DNA from: Leptonemataceae bacterium
GTDB taxonomy: Bacteria; Spirochaetota; Leptospiria; Leptospirales; Leptonemataceae
Direction of reading: 5' to 3'
Assembly: GCA_965227295.1 (NCBI GenBank)
Contig: OZ245742.1
Span: forward strand, 2,880,001 to 2,944,000
DNA: 64,000 nt
Both the position numbers and the translations under genes were made by a program. Positions 27,259-37,122 of this stretch are shown here, in pieces. Position 1 is the stretch's first letter. Each line of letters starts with the position of its first letter. The notes beneath the pieces are model-generated. The model was given only the letters and a program-made list of their open reading frames with translations. It searched no databases and had not been told where the DNA came from.

Positions 27259-27753
27259 TTACTCCGTCGCGGCCCGATGTAGTTGATGGGTGGAGTAGTG
27301 GTGCGGTTCGTAGATGCGCAGAAAGAGCGTATCGTCCCGTTGCCAGAGCTTGCATCGGTAGGCGGCACTGGCGGAGGGGACGATGATTCGGCCGAGCACG
27401 TACTCGCCGCCTTCGGCGCGCAGCCCGCTGATCATTTTCATTCCCAGGAGCGGTTGGTTCGCGGCGGGAGCGGGACAGCCCGTGCACCTGGCCGACATGG
27501 AATCGTTTGTACCGGGCAGGGCGATGATACGCGCGCCCAGGAAGGTCCGGGCGCCGGCCGGGCCATTGTCGGCGACCTGGTTGTGAAATTCGAGAACGAC
27601 GTCGCCGGGAAAGAGGCGATCATCGGCGGGGAGGACGTAGCGCCCTTCCGGCGGAGATGAGGGAGCCGCATCTGCGTGGGCTGCCACGAAGGCCGTTGCC
27701 GCGACAAGCAGCAGGACAATGATTCGCTGCTTTGAAGAACTTATCGCGTCCAC
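27259..27753 (-). CDS. DUF2147-family exported protein (divergent copy)
   Basis: CTGCP...NQPLLGMKMISGL...Y..GRI..P....YRCKLW...LFLR. Confidence 0.7.
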   Translation of the reverse strand: MDAISSSKQRIIVLLLVAATAFVAAHADAAPSSPPEGRYVLPADDRLFPGDVVLEFHNQVADNGPAGARTFLGARIIALPGTNDSMSARCTGCPAPAANQPLLGMKMISGLRAEGGEYVLGRIIVPSASAAYRCKLWQRDDTLFLRIYEPHHYSTHQLHRAATE

Positions 27754-28202
27754 TCCTGAACTTCTCCCATGGCGGGAATACTCAGGAAGCTGAAGACACG
27801 CAGCTTCTTGCCGTCGTCGGCGAGTTCGATGTAGCAGTTGTAGGTCTTACCTTCGTCGGCCCGGTAGATCTTACCACCGCTCCACTTCTCACCGTCGAAG
27901 CGGAGACCGTGGATGATTTCCAGTTCGGTGAGTTTGACGCCGCGTTCCCGGGGATTGGGATTGTTCACGTCGGTGCGGGCCGTGCCGTCGGCGTTGTTCG
28001 GTTCCGCCATCCAACTGATGCGACCGCAGTACTTATCGCCGCACTGGACGAAGGTGACCTTGCTTTTTCCGTCGGGGCGCGTCCATTCGTGCAGGATGGC
28101 GTCGGCGCCCGGTTGGGCGAGCAGAGCCCCGGTGGTGAGCAGGGCGAAGAGAGCGGCGCACAGAACCGTGCGCCGCCGTAAGTTGTTAAGTTTTCTTTGC
28201 AT
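27741..28202 (-). CDS. DUF2147-family exported protein
   Basis: WTRPDG..KVTF..CGDKYCGRISW, DVNNPNP, WSGGKIY...GKTYNC; start ATG 28202. Confidence 0.88.
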   Translation of the reverse strand: MQRKLNNLRRRTVLCAALFALLTTGALLAQPGADAILHEWTRPDGKSKVTFVQCGDKYCGRISWMAEPNNADGTARTDVNNPNPRERGVKLTELEIIHGLRFDGEKWSGGKIYRADEGKTYNCYIELADDGKKLRVFSFLSIPAMGEVQEWTR

Positions 28203-28206
28203 GATG

Positions 28207-28695
28207 TTAGCGAGTCCAGTGGACGGTCTTGCCGAGGTACGAGACGCCGACATAACCGCGGACCTTTAGTTTTTTCGGGTTTTCCAGCTCCATGTAGCAG
28301 CTGTAGGTCTTGCCGTCCTTTGGATTGTAGATATTACCGCCGGACCACTTGTCGCCGTCCCAGGTGAAGCCCCACACCAGAAACATGCCCTGGATCGGAC
28401 GGTCACGCTTGGAGGCGTCGGGATTGTTGCGGTCGTGTTTGGGCTGACCCGCTTCGGCATCACCGGCAGGATAGTTCGGCTCTTTGAGCCAGGTGATTTT
28501 TCCGCAGAGCTTGTCCTTGGAGCCGTCGCCGTCGGTATCTTTGCCGCAGCGAAACAGGGTGACGCGAGAATCGCCGTCCTGGGTCGTCCAGGTTCCGGCG
28601 TAGTCGTCGGCCGAGGCTGCATGCAGGATGCCGGCGAAGGCGATGCCCGCAATGAGCGCGGCCAGCGCGAGCATTCGGTTGCGTACGTAGTTCAT
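28207..28695 (-). CDS. DUF2147-family exported protein
   Basis: GTWTTQDG, LCGKITWLKEP, DRNNPD, WSGGNIYNPKDGKTYSC, LKVRGYVG..LGKTVHWTR. Confidence 0.92.
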   Translation of the reverse strand: MNYVRNRMLALAALIAGIAFAGILHAASADDYAGTWTTQDGDSRVTLFRCGKDTDGDGSKDKLCGKITWLKEPNYPAGDAEAGQPKHDRNNPDASKRDRPIQGMFLVWGFTWDGDKWSGGNIYNPKDGKTYSCYMELENPKKLKVRGYVGVSYLGKTVHWTR

Positions 28696-28809
28696 AGTTT
28701 CCCCCTTGAGGTGTGCATTTTTTTATGATGCAAGTCTTAGATACGATGCCGCGCAAGAATTGTTTGAATTTTTTCGGGAAAATCTCTCGACGGGGTTTGC
28801 TTTTGTGCG

Positions 28810-30147
28810 GTGCAAATTGGTGTGCGCGGTGATTCTTTGGATGTAAGGCGTGCCGGAGATGTTCTGCTCGCGCCGGGATTGGTGGGCCGGGATGACTGGT
28901 CGGAGCTCGGGCCGTTTGCTCTCGCCATTTCCGGCGGCCGGGATTCCATGCTGTTGCTGCACGCCTTCGTGGATCTCCGGGAACGCGGCCTGTTCGGTCG
29001 TGATTTCGTGGTCTTTCATCTGGACCATCGTTTGCGCGAAGACTCGGGCGCGGACCTGGATTTCGTCGCCGCTGAATCCCATCGTCTTGACGTTTCCTTC
29101 TATTGTACGTCGCGCGATGTGCGTGTGTTCGCGCGACGTTCTCGTATCGGCTCTCTGGAAGCGGCCGGCAGAACTCTGCGGTATCGTTCGCTGCGCCGGC
29201 TGTGTGAGCGGCGGTTCGGCGGAACGGGCATCGTGGTCACGGCCCATCATGCGGATGATTACCTGGAAAGTGTGCTCGTACACTGGATTCGCGGCGGAGG
29301 GCGTGCCGCCCTGGGGACGTTGCCCGTGATGGATCGCGGTCCGGAAGGGCTGACGCTGCTCCGACCGCTGCTCGCGCTTTCGCGCGCGGATGTTTCGGAG
29401 ATTGTGGCGCGGTTGGGCATTGCGTTTCGCGACGATCCTTCGAACGAGTCACCGGAGTTTTTGCGGAATCGTCTGCGGTCCGGCGTGATTCCGGCGCTGC
29501 GCCAGGAGGGCCTCGATGCCGTAAAGCTCTGGCGGAACTTTCACGATGCGCCCGGCGGGTCGGCCGGATTTGTAGGAACTCCTACAAAAGGGGGCGGCGC
29601 CGGCCCGGTGGAGGTTCTCTGTCTGGACCGCCGCCTTCTTGTAGGAACTCTTACGGAGCTGAAGGCCGTGCTGGACGTTGCGCTGCGACGCCTGGGATTG
29701 CCGCCGTCGGAGCGGGCGTTGCTCGCCGAACTCCGTTCCCAGCAGGCTCACGATGCCGCGGCGTTCCGGCAGGTTTTCGAATCTAAGTCGCTGCGGATCT
29801 GGTCGGATCGCCGCGGGCCGGTGTGGTTGTTTCGCCAGGACGCCGACGTGTTCCGCGCGCCGCGCTTCGAACGGGCCGGGAAAATCCTGCGCATCCACTG
29901 GAACGGCCGAACCCGGGAGTACGCTGCGACGGCGGGGCAGCGCCCGGGCGGTTTTGAGCCGGGTATGCGCGCGCCGCTGCCGGGAGGCGGGCACTTGCTC
30001 GTGAAAAAGATTTTTCAAGATGCCGGTGTGCCGGGCCCGCTGCGCCCGCTCATTCCCCTGCTCATCGACGAGGATTCGGGCCTGGTCTCGTGCATTTGCC
30101 TGTCGTTCTGGGAACACGGCAAGGATCGGCATTTCTTTTCTCCGTGA
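28810..30147 (+). CDS. tilS: tRNA(Ile)-lysidine synthetase
   Basis: AISGGRDSM, DHRLRE, LEAAGR..RY, TAHHADDYLE, RPLL, DPSN....RNRLR; start uncertain. Confidence 0.93.
   Translation: MQIGVRGDSLDVRRAGDVLLAPGLVGRDDWSELGPFALAISGGRDSMLLLHAFVDLRERGLFGRDFVVFHLDHRLREDSGADLDFVAAESHRLDVSFYCTSRDVRVFARRSRIGSLEAAGRTLRYRSLRRLCERRFGGTGIVVTAHHADDYLESVLVHWIRGGGRAALGTLPVMDRGPEGLTLLRPLLALSRADVSEIVARLGIAFRDDPSNESPEFLRNRLRSGVIPALRQEGLDAVKLWRNFHDAPGGSAGFVGTPTKGGGAGPVEVLCLDRRLLVGTLTELKAVLDVALRRLGLPPSERALLAELRSQQAHDAAAFRQVFESKSLRIWSDRRGPVWLFRQDADVFRAPRFERAGKILRIHWNGRTREYAATAGQRPGGFEPGMRAPLPGGGHLLVKKIFQDAGVPGPLRPLIPLLIDEDSGLVSCICLSFWEHGKDRHFFSP
29571..29586. repeat. 16-bp palindromic motif, copy 5 (extends to TTTGTAGGAACTCCTACAAA)
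   Basis: Inside tilS, encoding VGTPT. Confidence 0.9.
29640..29655. repeat. 16-bp palindromic motif, copy 6 (TGTAGGAACTCTTACG, 2 mismatches)
   Basis: Inside tilS, encoding VGTLT. Confidence 0.75.
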
Positions 30148-30208
30148 AGATGTTGACAGTGGTTTCTCGCAAGATGTAAGTATTTGCTCCTGCGCTTTGA
30201 GGTCGTCT

Positions 30209-30994
30209 GTGGGTTTCAAGAAGTACTGCGAGTCGCCGAATCCTGAGGAGTTCCAGGGCAAGTCCCTGGAATACCGCATGCTGCGCGGATTGCCGCACGC
30301 CTTCCTGGACTGGCTGCGCGGTTATACGCGACTCGAGGCCGAGGGATTGGATAACATTCCGAAGACCGGACCGGCCCTCATTGTGCCGAATCACAGCGGC
30401 GTGCTGGGCTGGGATTCCTTCGCGGTGCAGAACGAGATCATTAAGTTTCGCAAGCGCATTCCGCGGACCATGTCGCATAACTTCTGGCACGAGAACGAGT
30501 TTTTTTCGTATCTCTCGGATCGCATGGGGTTCATCCCCCAGGACTTCAAGCGGGCCATTCGTGTCTTAAGAAACAATAATCTGCTGTTAATCTTTCCCGA
30601 GGCGGAGCACGGGAACTTCAAGCCCAGCACGCAGATGTATCAGCTCGTGGACTTCAATCCCGGCTTCGTGTCCCTGGCCATCATGGCGAGGGCGCCCATC
30701 ATTCCGGCCTGCGTCATCGGTGCGGAAGAAGCGCATTTGAATCTTGGGACAATTGATTGGGCCGAGAAGTACATCGGCGCGAAACTGCCGCTGCCGGTGA
30801 ATCTCATTCCCCTGCCGGTACAATGGAAGCTGATTTTTTTGGAACCCGTGCGGCTGGATAAATACGGGCGTAAGGACGCAAAGAACATTCGCTTTCTGGA
30901 AGAGGTGGCCCAGAACATTCGGCTCCAGGTGCAGCAACGCATCAACAAGGAACTGGTGAAGCGGGGCATGTTTCATTTTATTCTGGACGGTTGA
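30209..30994 (+). CDS. Lysophospholipid/PlsC-family acyltransferase
   Basis: GLDNIPKTGPALIVPNHSGVLGWD, LIFPE, APIIPACVIG; GTG start after GAGGT. Confidence 0.9.
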   Translation: MGFKKYCESPNPEEFQGKSLEYRMLRGLPHAFLDWLRGYTRLEAEGLDNIPKTGPALIVPNHSGVLGWDSFAVQNEIIKFRKRIPRTMSHNFWHENEFFSYLSDRMGFIPQDFKRAIRVLRNNNLLLIFPEAEHGNFKPSTQMYQLVDFNPGFVSLAIMARAPIIPACVIGAEEAHLNLGTIDWAEKYIGAKLPLPVNLIPLPVQWKLIFLEPVRLDKYGRKDAKNIRFLEEVAQNIRLQVQQRINKELVKRGMFHFILDG

Positions 30995-31012
30995 TGTTTA
31001 CGGCGGTTTGCA

Positions 31013-31495
31013 ATGGTAACGAAAGACGAAGACCTCAGAGAATTCCTGCTACAGCGGACCCAGCGCATGCTGGATGCCATCGTGGAAGATGTGATGACCC
31101 GGGATGTCCTCTCGGTGGACGTGAACGATCTCTCGGCGAAGGCGGCGCGGCTGATCCTGGAGAACGGCGTGCTGGGCGTGCTGGTTATGAAAGACGGCCG
31201 GGCGTTCAACATGGTTACGGCCGCCGATTTGCTGCGCCTCTCGTACGAAGAGGTCTTCGACGAGAACCGCGACTTTCTGCGGCTTACCGTCGGCAAGCTA
31301 GTGGAGGAAAAGGAATTCGTTTCTGTTCCCTCGGGCACGCGCCTGCGCGAATTGCTGACCGTCATGGTGGATCGCCACGTGCGCTCGGTTCCCATCATCG
31401 ACGGCGGTATGGTGCGCGGCATTGTTTCCATGACGGATCTGATCGCCTGGTACCGGAACACCCACGACGAAGTCCGTACCGGTAAGCTGTCTTGA
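31013..31495 (+). CDS. Stand-alone CBS-pair protein
   Basis: VEDVMTRDV...GVLVM...VTAADL; second repeat RSVPIID..VRGIVSMTDL. Confidence 0.9.
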   Translation: MVTKDEDLREFLLQRTQRMLDAIVEDVMTRDVLSVDVNDLSAKAARLILENGVLGVLVMKDGRAFNMVTAADLLRLSYEEVFDENRDFLRLTVGKLVEEKEFVSVPSGTRLRELLTVMVDRHVRSVPIIDGGMVRGIVSMTDLIAWYRNTHDEVRTGKLS

Positions 31496-31526
31496 TTTTC
31501 GCAAGCGCCGCGCCTTTCTTGCTCTG

Positions 31527-31847
31527 ATGGCCATCGATTTCTCCGAATTCGGCAGCGGCCCGATGGTGGACCCGCTGACGCTGAAGCGCGAAAAAGAACG
31601 CGCCCGGGAGTTGCGCAAGTCCACCTGGTGGAAGCGTAAGATTTCATCGGGGGAATGTTACTACTGCGGGCGTAAGTTTGAGCAAAAAGATCTTACGATG
31701 GATCATAAGATCCCGCTGTCCCGCGGTGGCCGTTCTTCGAAGGACAACCTGGTGCCGGCGTGCAAAGAGTGCAACAACGCGAAGAAGAACCTGCTGCCGG
31801 CTGAGTGGACGGAGTATCTGGAAAGGTTGCGGGGCAAGCAGGACTGA
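31527..31847 (+). CDS. Small HNH endonuclease-family protein
   Basis: CYYCG...TMDHKIPLSRGG.S...NLVPACKECNNAK. Confidence 0.92.
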   Translation: MAIDFSEFGSGPMVDPLTLKREKERARELRKSTWWKRKISSGECYYCGRKFEQKDLTMDHKIPLSRGGRSSKDNLVPACKECNNAKKNLLPAEWTEYLERLRGKQD

Positions 31848-31960
31848 TGAACACCGAGGGCGAGGGGCCGAGGTTGCGATGATAGCGCCTGGACGCGTGC
31901 GGGTTTCGATCACCCTCATCTTCTACTCGATACCTCGGTCCCCGGTGTTAAGTCACCTTC

Positions 31961-32992
31961 TTACAAATTCACATCGTATGACAGCGCCAGATACCACAGT
32001 CCCTTGATCTGAGTCTCCTCGTTGCCGTAGAAGATGCGGTCGGTCAGCAGTTCGGCGAAGCTGTTGTTCAAAAGCTCGCTGCCGCTCGGGAACGACGTGC
32101 CGCGCACGATGATCGGGATCGCGAAGTACTCCGGATAACGCTGGGCCAGTTGTTCCTGGCGAAAACCGGTGCTCACGCTGAGTTCTTCGGTCACGTCGTA
32201 CTGTACGCCCAGGGCCCAGCGGAAGATGTCGATTTCGTAGCCGGCTTCGCCGCGTTCCAGGGAGTAGGTCGGCGGTGCGAGCGATGAATCGAAGGGCGAC
32301 GGCGGGGAAGAGGCGATGCCGTAGGTCGTGCGAGAGTAGGTCATGTAACCGCTCCAGCCCGGTAGTCCGGTGCTGAACATCACGTCGCCGACGATGGAAA
32401 GTTTATCCATTACGTAGAACTGAAAGTCCAGGCCCATGTACATGCCCTTGGCCGCGCCGTCGAAAACACTGGAGTCGCTGAAAAGTACGACGGGGTTCGT
32501 TCCGAAGGAAAACTCGCTGTATACGAACTCCTTGAAGTGCTGGCGGTAACCCAGGCGCGGCGTGATGAATAACTCGCCCGGGATCACCGGATATTCGTAG
32601 CCGGCTTCGAACTCCCAGTCCGTGCTCTTGTAGTTCGTCAGTTGGACGTCGGATAAGTAGAGCAGGCCGTAGCCGTCGAAGCTGTACTCGGGTTGATAGC
32701 GAATGTAATTCCCGCCCAGAACGACCCGTCCCGGGCCGGCGTTGATCAGAAATTCCAGGCCCAAAGGATAGATCGTGTTCGTATGTTTGCCGTTCCAGTC
32801 CTGGTTGATGCGGCCGAAGCCGTTGCCCTGGATGAGATCGTCCTTTTCCATACGCGATTCCATCTCGGGCGTGAGGTTGCCGGGCCAGTAGCCGGCGTTG
32901 ATGCGCATGGTGGTCTGCGCGGACAGGGGTGCTGTCGCTAAGATCAGTCCGGCAGTCATTAGTGCCGCGGCCGTGAGCAGGCGTGATATCAT
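31961..32992 (-). CDS. Outer-membrane beta-barrel protein
   Basis: Signal peptide; alternating aromatic/hydrophobic beta strands; C-terminal GLWYLALSYDVNL. Confidence 0.75.
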   Translation of the reverse strand: MISRLLTAAALMTAGLILATAPLSAQTTMRINAGYWPGNLTPEMESRMEKDDLIQGNGFGRINQDWNGKHTNTIYPLGLEFLINAGPGRVVLGGNYIRYQPEYSFDGYGLLYLSDVQLTNYKSTDWEFEAGYEYPVIPGELFITPRLGYRQHFKEFVYSEFSFGTNPVVLFSDSSVFDGAAKGMYMGLDFQFYVMDKLSIVGDVMFSTGLPGWSGYMTYSRTTYGIASSPPSPFDSSLAPPTYSLERGEAGYEIDIFRWALGVQYDVTEELSVSTGFRQEQLAQRYPEYFAIPIIVRGTSFPSGSELLNNSFAELLTDRIFYGNEETQIKGLWYLALSYDVNL

Positions 32993-33155
32993 AAATCAGT
33001 TCCTCCGTATGCGTTTGTATGTCGAATGTTGCTAATCTATTGACTGTCGCACGGTTCGGCAACACCGGCGCTTCGTTAGCCGGAAGACGATCGGGGCGGC
33101 CCGGCGGTTCCCCGGATTCCGTTGACGTTCGCGGGATAGCGAGGAATTACGAAAC

Positions 33156-34103
33156 ATGCGGCCCTCCGACGAAAACGAAGAGCGCTGGATGTCCATCGGT
33201 GATTCGCGGGCCCGGGCGGAGACGTCGAAGTCGGAACTGCACCTGGATGAATCGTTGCCGCCGCCCGCCCTGCCGATTCGCGAAGGGCCCGTGGCACGGT
33301 CGCGGCTTTCGTCGCAGCCGGCCCTGCAACGACTGGAAGACTTGCGTGCGAGCGAGGTCGCTCAACAATCACGCAATAGACTCTACATTCGGCTTGCGAA
33401 GTTTCTCGCATTCGCCGGCGCGGCCGGCTGCATTTATCTCTTCGCTCCGGCCGGCTACATGGTAAGTCTCTATCTCCTGCTCGGCATGGTGGTGTACTTC
33501 ACTCTCTTGCCGTCGATCTACGGGAGTAGTGTACCGGAGTCACCGCCGGGCTATCCACTGGAGCTGCGCCGGATCTATGCCAGCGAAGTTGTTCCGATGG
33601 TGTTGCGCGACGAGGCGCCGGAGCTGTCTTTTCAGAGCGGCGCTGAGCCCGCGCGGGAAACCATCGCCGCGATCTTCAAGCGGAACGTTGACGACATGCG
33701 CGGCCTGCGCAGTGCGGATCGCTACGAAGGCAAGATCGACGGTGTGTACGTTGAATCATGGCATGTGACGTTTCGCTTTCGAGAGCGTAGCGGTCCTCAT
33801 ACTTACAGCGGCCGGCGGCATTCCGGTCGAATGATTCGATTGCATTTACCCGATCCGGATTTGTCCGCCGCGGAACTGGAAGATGTTGTAACGCGCGTCA
33901 ATCAGCAAGTCGGACGAAGCGGTGCCTTCAGAATCTTACAGGCAGGCGCAGATCTATACGTTTTCCTGAGTGGCGCGGCCGAACTGAGACCGGCCCTCGA
34001 CACGAGCCTCCTGGCCGATCCGGGGCTCGGTGACTTGCGGATGAGCCTGCGCCTGGCCCGTAAGCTCGCAGCCGCACTGAACGCGTATACTCCCGGCGCT
34101 TAG
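33156..34103 (+). CDS. Hypothetical membrane protein (2 TM)
   Basis: Long ORF with two adjacent hydrophobic helices; no recognised motif. Confidence 0.6.
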   Translation: MRPSDENEERWMSIGDSRARAETSKSELHLDESLPPPALPIREGPVARSRLSSQPALQRLEDLRASEVAQQSRNRLYIRLAKFLAFAGAAGCIYLFAPAGYMVSLYLLLGMVVYFTLLPSIYGSSVPESPPGYPLELRRIYASEVVPMVLRDEAPELSFQSGAEPARETIAAIFKRNVDDMRGLRSADRYEGKIDGVYVESWHVTFRFRERSGPHTYSGRRHSGRMIRLHLPDPDLSAAELEDVVTRVNQQVGRSGAFRILQAGADLYVFLSGAAELRPALDTSLLADPGLGDLRMSLRLARKLAAALNAYTPGA

Positions 34104-34138
34104 CATGATTTAAATATAACTTTGCGCTCTGCGTCGCT

Positions 34139-34918
34139 CTAAATCTTCACGCCCCCGCTGATCTCGAGCACCACGCCGTTTACCAGTTCGTTCTCCGCGA
34201 TGAACGCCACCGTTTGCGCGATCTCTTCCGGTTCGCCCAGGCGGCCGATGGGAATGCGCGCCTGCCAGGTCTCCAGGGCCTTCTGGTTCATATCTTTTAG
34301 CACCATTTCCGTGGCGATGAAACCCGGCGCGATGCCGGCCACGCGGATGTTGTAGCGAGCGAGTTCGTGGGCCCAGAGCTTCGTCATGGCGGCGACGCCG
34401 GCCTTGGCCGCGGAGTAGTTCGTCTGCCCGGGATTGCCGTGCATGGCCACCGAGGCGATGGGGACGATGACGCCGCCGTTTCCGAGTTCCGCCATGTGGC
34501 AGGCCGCCTCGCGACCGGTGAGAAAAACGCCGGTCAAATTGACGTCGATCACCGACTGCCACTGACTTAAACTCATCTTACCTTTGACCTTGCCCGTTTC
34601 ACGATCCAGGCGCACGAGAAAACCGTCGCGCAAGATGCCGGCGTTCAACACGGCGATGTCGATGCGGCCGCACTGCTCGCTGATCTTCGCGAACAGCTCT
34701 TCCACGCTCGCTTCGTTCGAGACATCGCAGGCGAAGCCGAAGGCTTTCACGCCGCGCCCTTCCAGTTCCGTGCGCACGGCTTCCACGCCGTCGGCGTTGA
34801 TGTCCGTTACGACACACACGGCGCCGCGTTCGCCGAGATGTTCCAGCATGGCGCGGCCCAGTCCGCCGGCGGAACCGGTGACCACGGCGACTCGATCCAA
34901 CAAAGGCTTCTCACTCAT
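34139..34918 (-). CDS. SDR oxidoreductase (3-oxoacyl-ACP reductase-like)
   Basis: [38 protein letters not shown]. Confidence 0.95.
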   Translation of the reverse strand: MSEKPLLDRVAVVTGSAGGLGRAMLEHLGERGAVCVVTDINADGVEAVRTELEGRGVKAFGFACDVSNEASVEELFAKISEQCGRIDIAVLNAGILRDGFLVRLDRETGKVKGKMSLSQWQSVIDVNLTGVFLTGREAACHMAELGNGGVIVPIASVAMHGNPGQTNYSAAKAGVAAMTKLWAHELARYNIRVAGIAPGFIATEMVLKDMNQKALETWQARIPIGRLGEPEEIAQTVAFIAENELVNGVVLEISGGVKI

Positions 34919-35024
34919 GCTGCGAGGATTTTTCCATTGAGCCGCATGACAATGCTTTTTCCCGGCGACGCGCCCGCGTTATCATGCTCGACTCGAAATC
35001 CGTCGAAGATCAAAATAGTATTCG

Positions 35025-35867
35025 ATGATTCCTCGCATCTTCATCATCAGTGCGGCTGCCGTACTCTGCGGCACGCTCTTCGCCCAGGAAGCCGTGTCGA
35101 ATCAGGAGTACCTCGCGCGCGTGGATCGTTTGCGCGGTTTCGAGGACGGCGTCTACAACGGGCGGCTGACGATCGCCAAGCGCGGCGCGGCGGACGGCGC
35201 AGGCCGCACCGTGTTCGACGTCACGTTGTATCAGCGGGGCGACGCAAGATTGTTTGAGTTCGCGAGCGCGCGGCGCGGCCTGGAAGCGCAGTTGTTCTGT
35301 CTGGATGATGGGCGGACAATCTGGTATCGCGATCACGTCCGCCGGCGGCTGCGGCGCATCGAGGACGCGGCGCGCCTGGAACCTGTACTCGGCAGCGGCT
35401 TTGCTTACGTCGATCTCTCCGGCCTGGCCTTCGAGACGCAGTACACCGGTGTGCGTTTACAGGAGTTTCAGCCGGCCGACGGCGGCGGAACCGGCGGCGT
35501 GCCGGCCGGTGCGCAGTACCGGCGCCTGGAACTGCGGCCCATTTCGGCGAACGATGCTACCAGTCCGGCGTCGCCTTACGGTCGAGCGGTGTTAATCTTC
35601 GACGTCGCCGATCCGGAGCAGTACCGTCCCATCCGTCTGGACCTTTTCGACGACGAGCGCATTCTCTACAAGACGTTGCTCTATCACTATGACCGGCGCC
35701 TGATCCGCCGGAGCACGGGTACGGCGTTCGTGCCGGAGCGACCGGCGGGCCTGGAAATGCTGGACCTGAACGGCCGTACCGTTTCACGGTTCGAATTGGA
35801 TCGCTACGACGACGTCCGCGGGATGGCGGACGCGCTCTTCGATCCGCGCCGTCCCTATGCTCATTGA
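35025..35867 (+). CDS. LolA-like outer-membrane lipoprotein-sorting protein
   Basis: Signal peptide; IWY...RRI....VLGSGFAYVDLS, LELRP...SPYGR...P.R.D.FD....LYKTL pattern. Confidence 0.7.
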   Translation: MIPRIFIISAAAVLCGTLFAQEAVSNQEYLARVDRLRGFEDGVYNGRLTIAKRGAADGAGRTVFDVTLYQRGDARLFEFASARRGLEAQLFCLDDGRTIWYRDHVRRRLRRIEDAARLEPVLGSGFAYVDLSGLAFETQYTGVRLQEFQPADGGGTGGVPAGAQYRRLELRPISANDATSPASPYGRAVLIFDVADPEQYRPIRLDLFDDERILYKTLLYHYDRRLIRRSTGTAFVPERPAGLEMLDLNGRTVSRFELDRYDDVRGMADALFDPRRPYAH

Positions 35868-37065
35868 AGATACCATCCGCCTGTTCCTCGACAGCATCGG
35901 TCGCAGTGAAGAGTACGAGTTCTATCTCAAGAAATTCCTGTCCGATCGTTCCTCCTGTTTCGCGCTGCTGTGTCCCGACGAGGGCGCCCTAACTGACGGT
36001 GGAGAGAACCTACGCTTCGCCCTGGCCTTTCTGCGTCGCCTGGAACTGCTGCCCGCCGTGCTCTTCACCGGCCCCCGGGCGGAGGAGCTGTTCGCCCACC
36101 TCGGTGCCGCTGAGGAGACCGTCGTCTATCGTCCCTTCGAAAGTACGGAAATGGAGGACGATGTCCCGCGGCGCATGCCCCGGCGCAGCCTGGCCGAAGC
36201 GGACAGCGCCGGCGCAGCCCTGGAAGTGGAGCTCCTCTGCGAACTTTCGGCGGCGATCATGGAAGCACGAAGTCGCGGCCGGTCTCTGGCCATCGTCTGC
36301 GAAAACGAAACGTTGCTCTCGGCACTGCAGTTTCTGACGCGCCAGGTTGCGCCCCGGGCCTACTTCATTCGCAACGCCGGCGCTCTGCGCGATCCTGACG
36401 GCCGGGAGTTGTTGTACTATCACTTTCGTTCCGGGCGGGAGAAGCTGCATCCCGAGGACGGCGGACTGGCGCATCTCACCCAGGCGCTGCTCGAGTACGC
36501 GGCCGAGCGCCGACGGCACGGCGAGAAACGCAACTATCTGCATCTTTCCGTGACGGCGCCCTTTAACTTACTCAAAGAGATCTTTACGGTGAAAGGTGCC
36601 GGTACCATCGTTCGCCCCGGTTCGGTTTTGTTGCATCTTACGAACGCGGCCGACGTCGATCGCGAGCGGCTGGTGGAACTCCTGGGGCAGAGCTTTCGTA
36701 AAAAGCTGGTGAACCAAAACTTTCTCGAACACGCGGCCCACGTGTACGTGGAAGAGAATTATCAGGGCGCCATCATTCTCGAAGAGCAGCCCATGGGTTT
36801 GTATCTTTCCAAGTTCGCCGTAGACAAGCAAGCCCGCGGCCTCGGCATCGCCCAGGAATTATGGGAGGAGGTCATCCACAAACATCCGGCACTCTTCTGG
36901 CGTTCGCGTACGAGTAACTCCATCAATCGCTGGTACGCGAGCCTGGCCGACGGAATGCACCGGGTGGCTCCCTGGAACATATTCTGGCGCGGCGTGAACC
37001 CGGCGGACATTCCGCAGATTGTAGAGTTTTGTACGCAACGTCCGGAAGACTTTGCGGCCATGTAG
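35857..37065 (+). CDS. Acetylglutamate kinase-like/NAT (DUF619) fusion, candidate N-acetylglutamate synthase
   Basis: LLKEIFTVKGAGTIV, L.ELL.QSF, YLSKFAV...ARGLGIAQELW, LFWRSR..NSINRWY. Confidence 0.8.
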   Translation: MLIEDTIRLFLDSIGRSEEYEFYLKKFLSDRSSCFALLCPDEGALTDGGENLRFALAFLRRLELLPAVLFTGPRAEELFAHLGAAEETVVYRPFESTEMEDDVPRRMPRRSLAEADSAGAALEVELLCELSAAIMEARSRGRSLAIVCENETLLSALQFLTRQVAPRAYFIRNAGALRDPDGRELLYYHFRSGREKLHPEDGGLAHLTQALLEYAAERRRHGEKRNYLHLSVTAPFNLLKEIFTVKGAGTIVRPGSVLLHLTNAADVDRERLVELLGQSFRKKLVNQNFLEHAAHVYVEENYQGAIILEEQPMGLYLSKFAVDKQARGLGIAQELWEEVIHKHPALFWRSRTSNSINRWYASLADGMHRVAPWNIFWRGVNPADIPQIVEFCTQRPEDFAAM

Positions 37066-37122
37066 AACGTGTTTTTCTTTTCACGGCGGGGTGCGGCGAT
37101 TTTACTGTCACCGTCAGCATTC

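Noticed and set aside
17853..29655. 16-bp palindromes as a CRISPR array or canonical parS
   Set aside because: Irregular spacing of up to several kb, intragenic location and no cas genes; the core differs from parS TGTTTCACGTGAAACA.
31527..31847. HNH protein as part of a defence system or mobile element
   Set aside because: Stand-alone small HNH among housekeeping-type genes; no methylase, ATPase, intron or repeat context.
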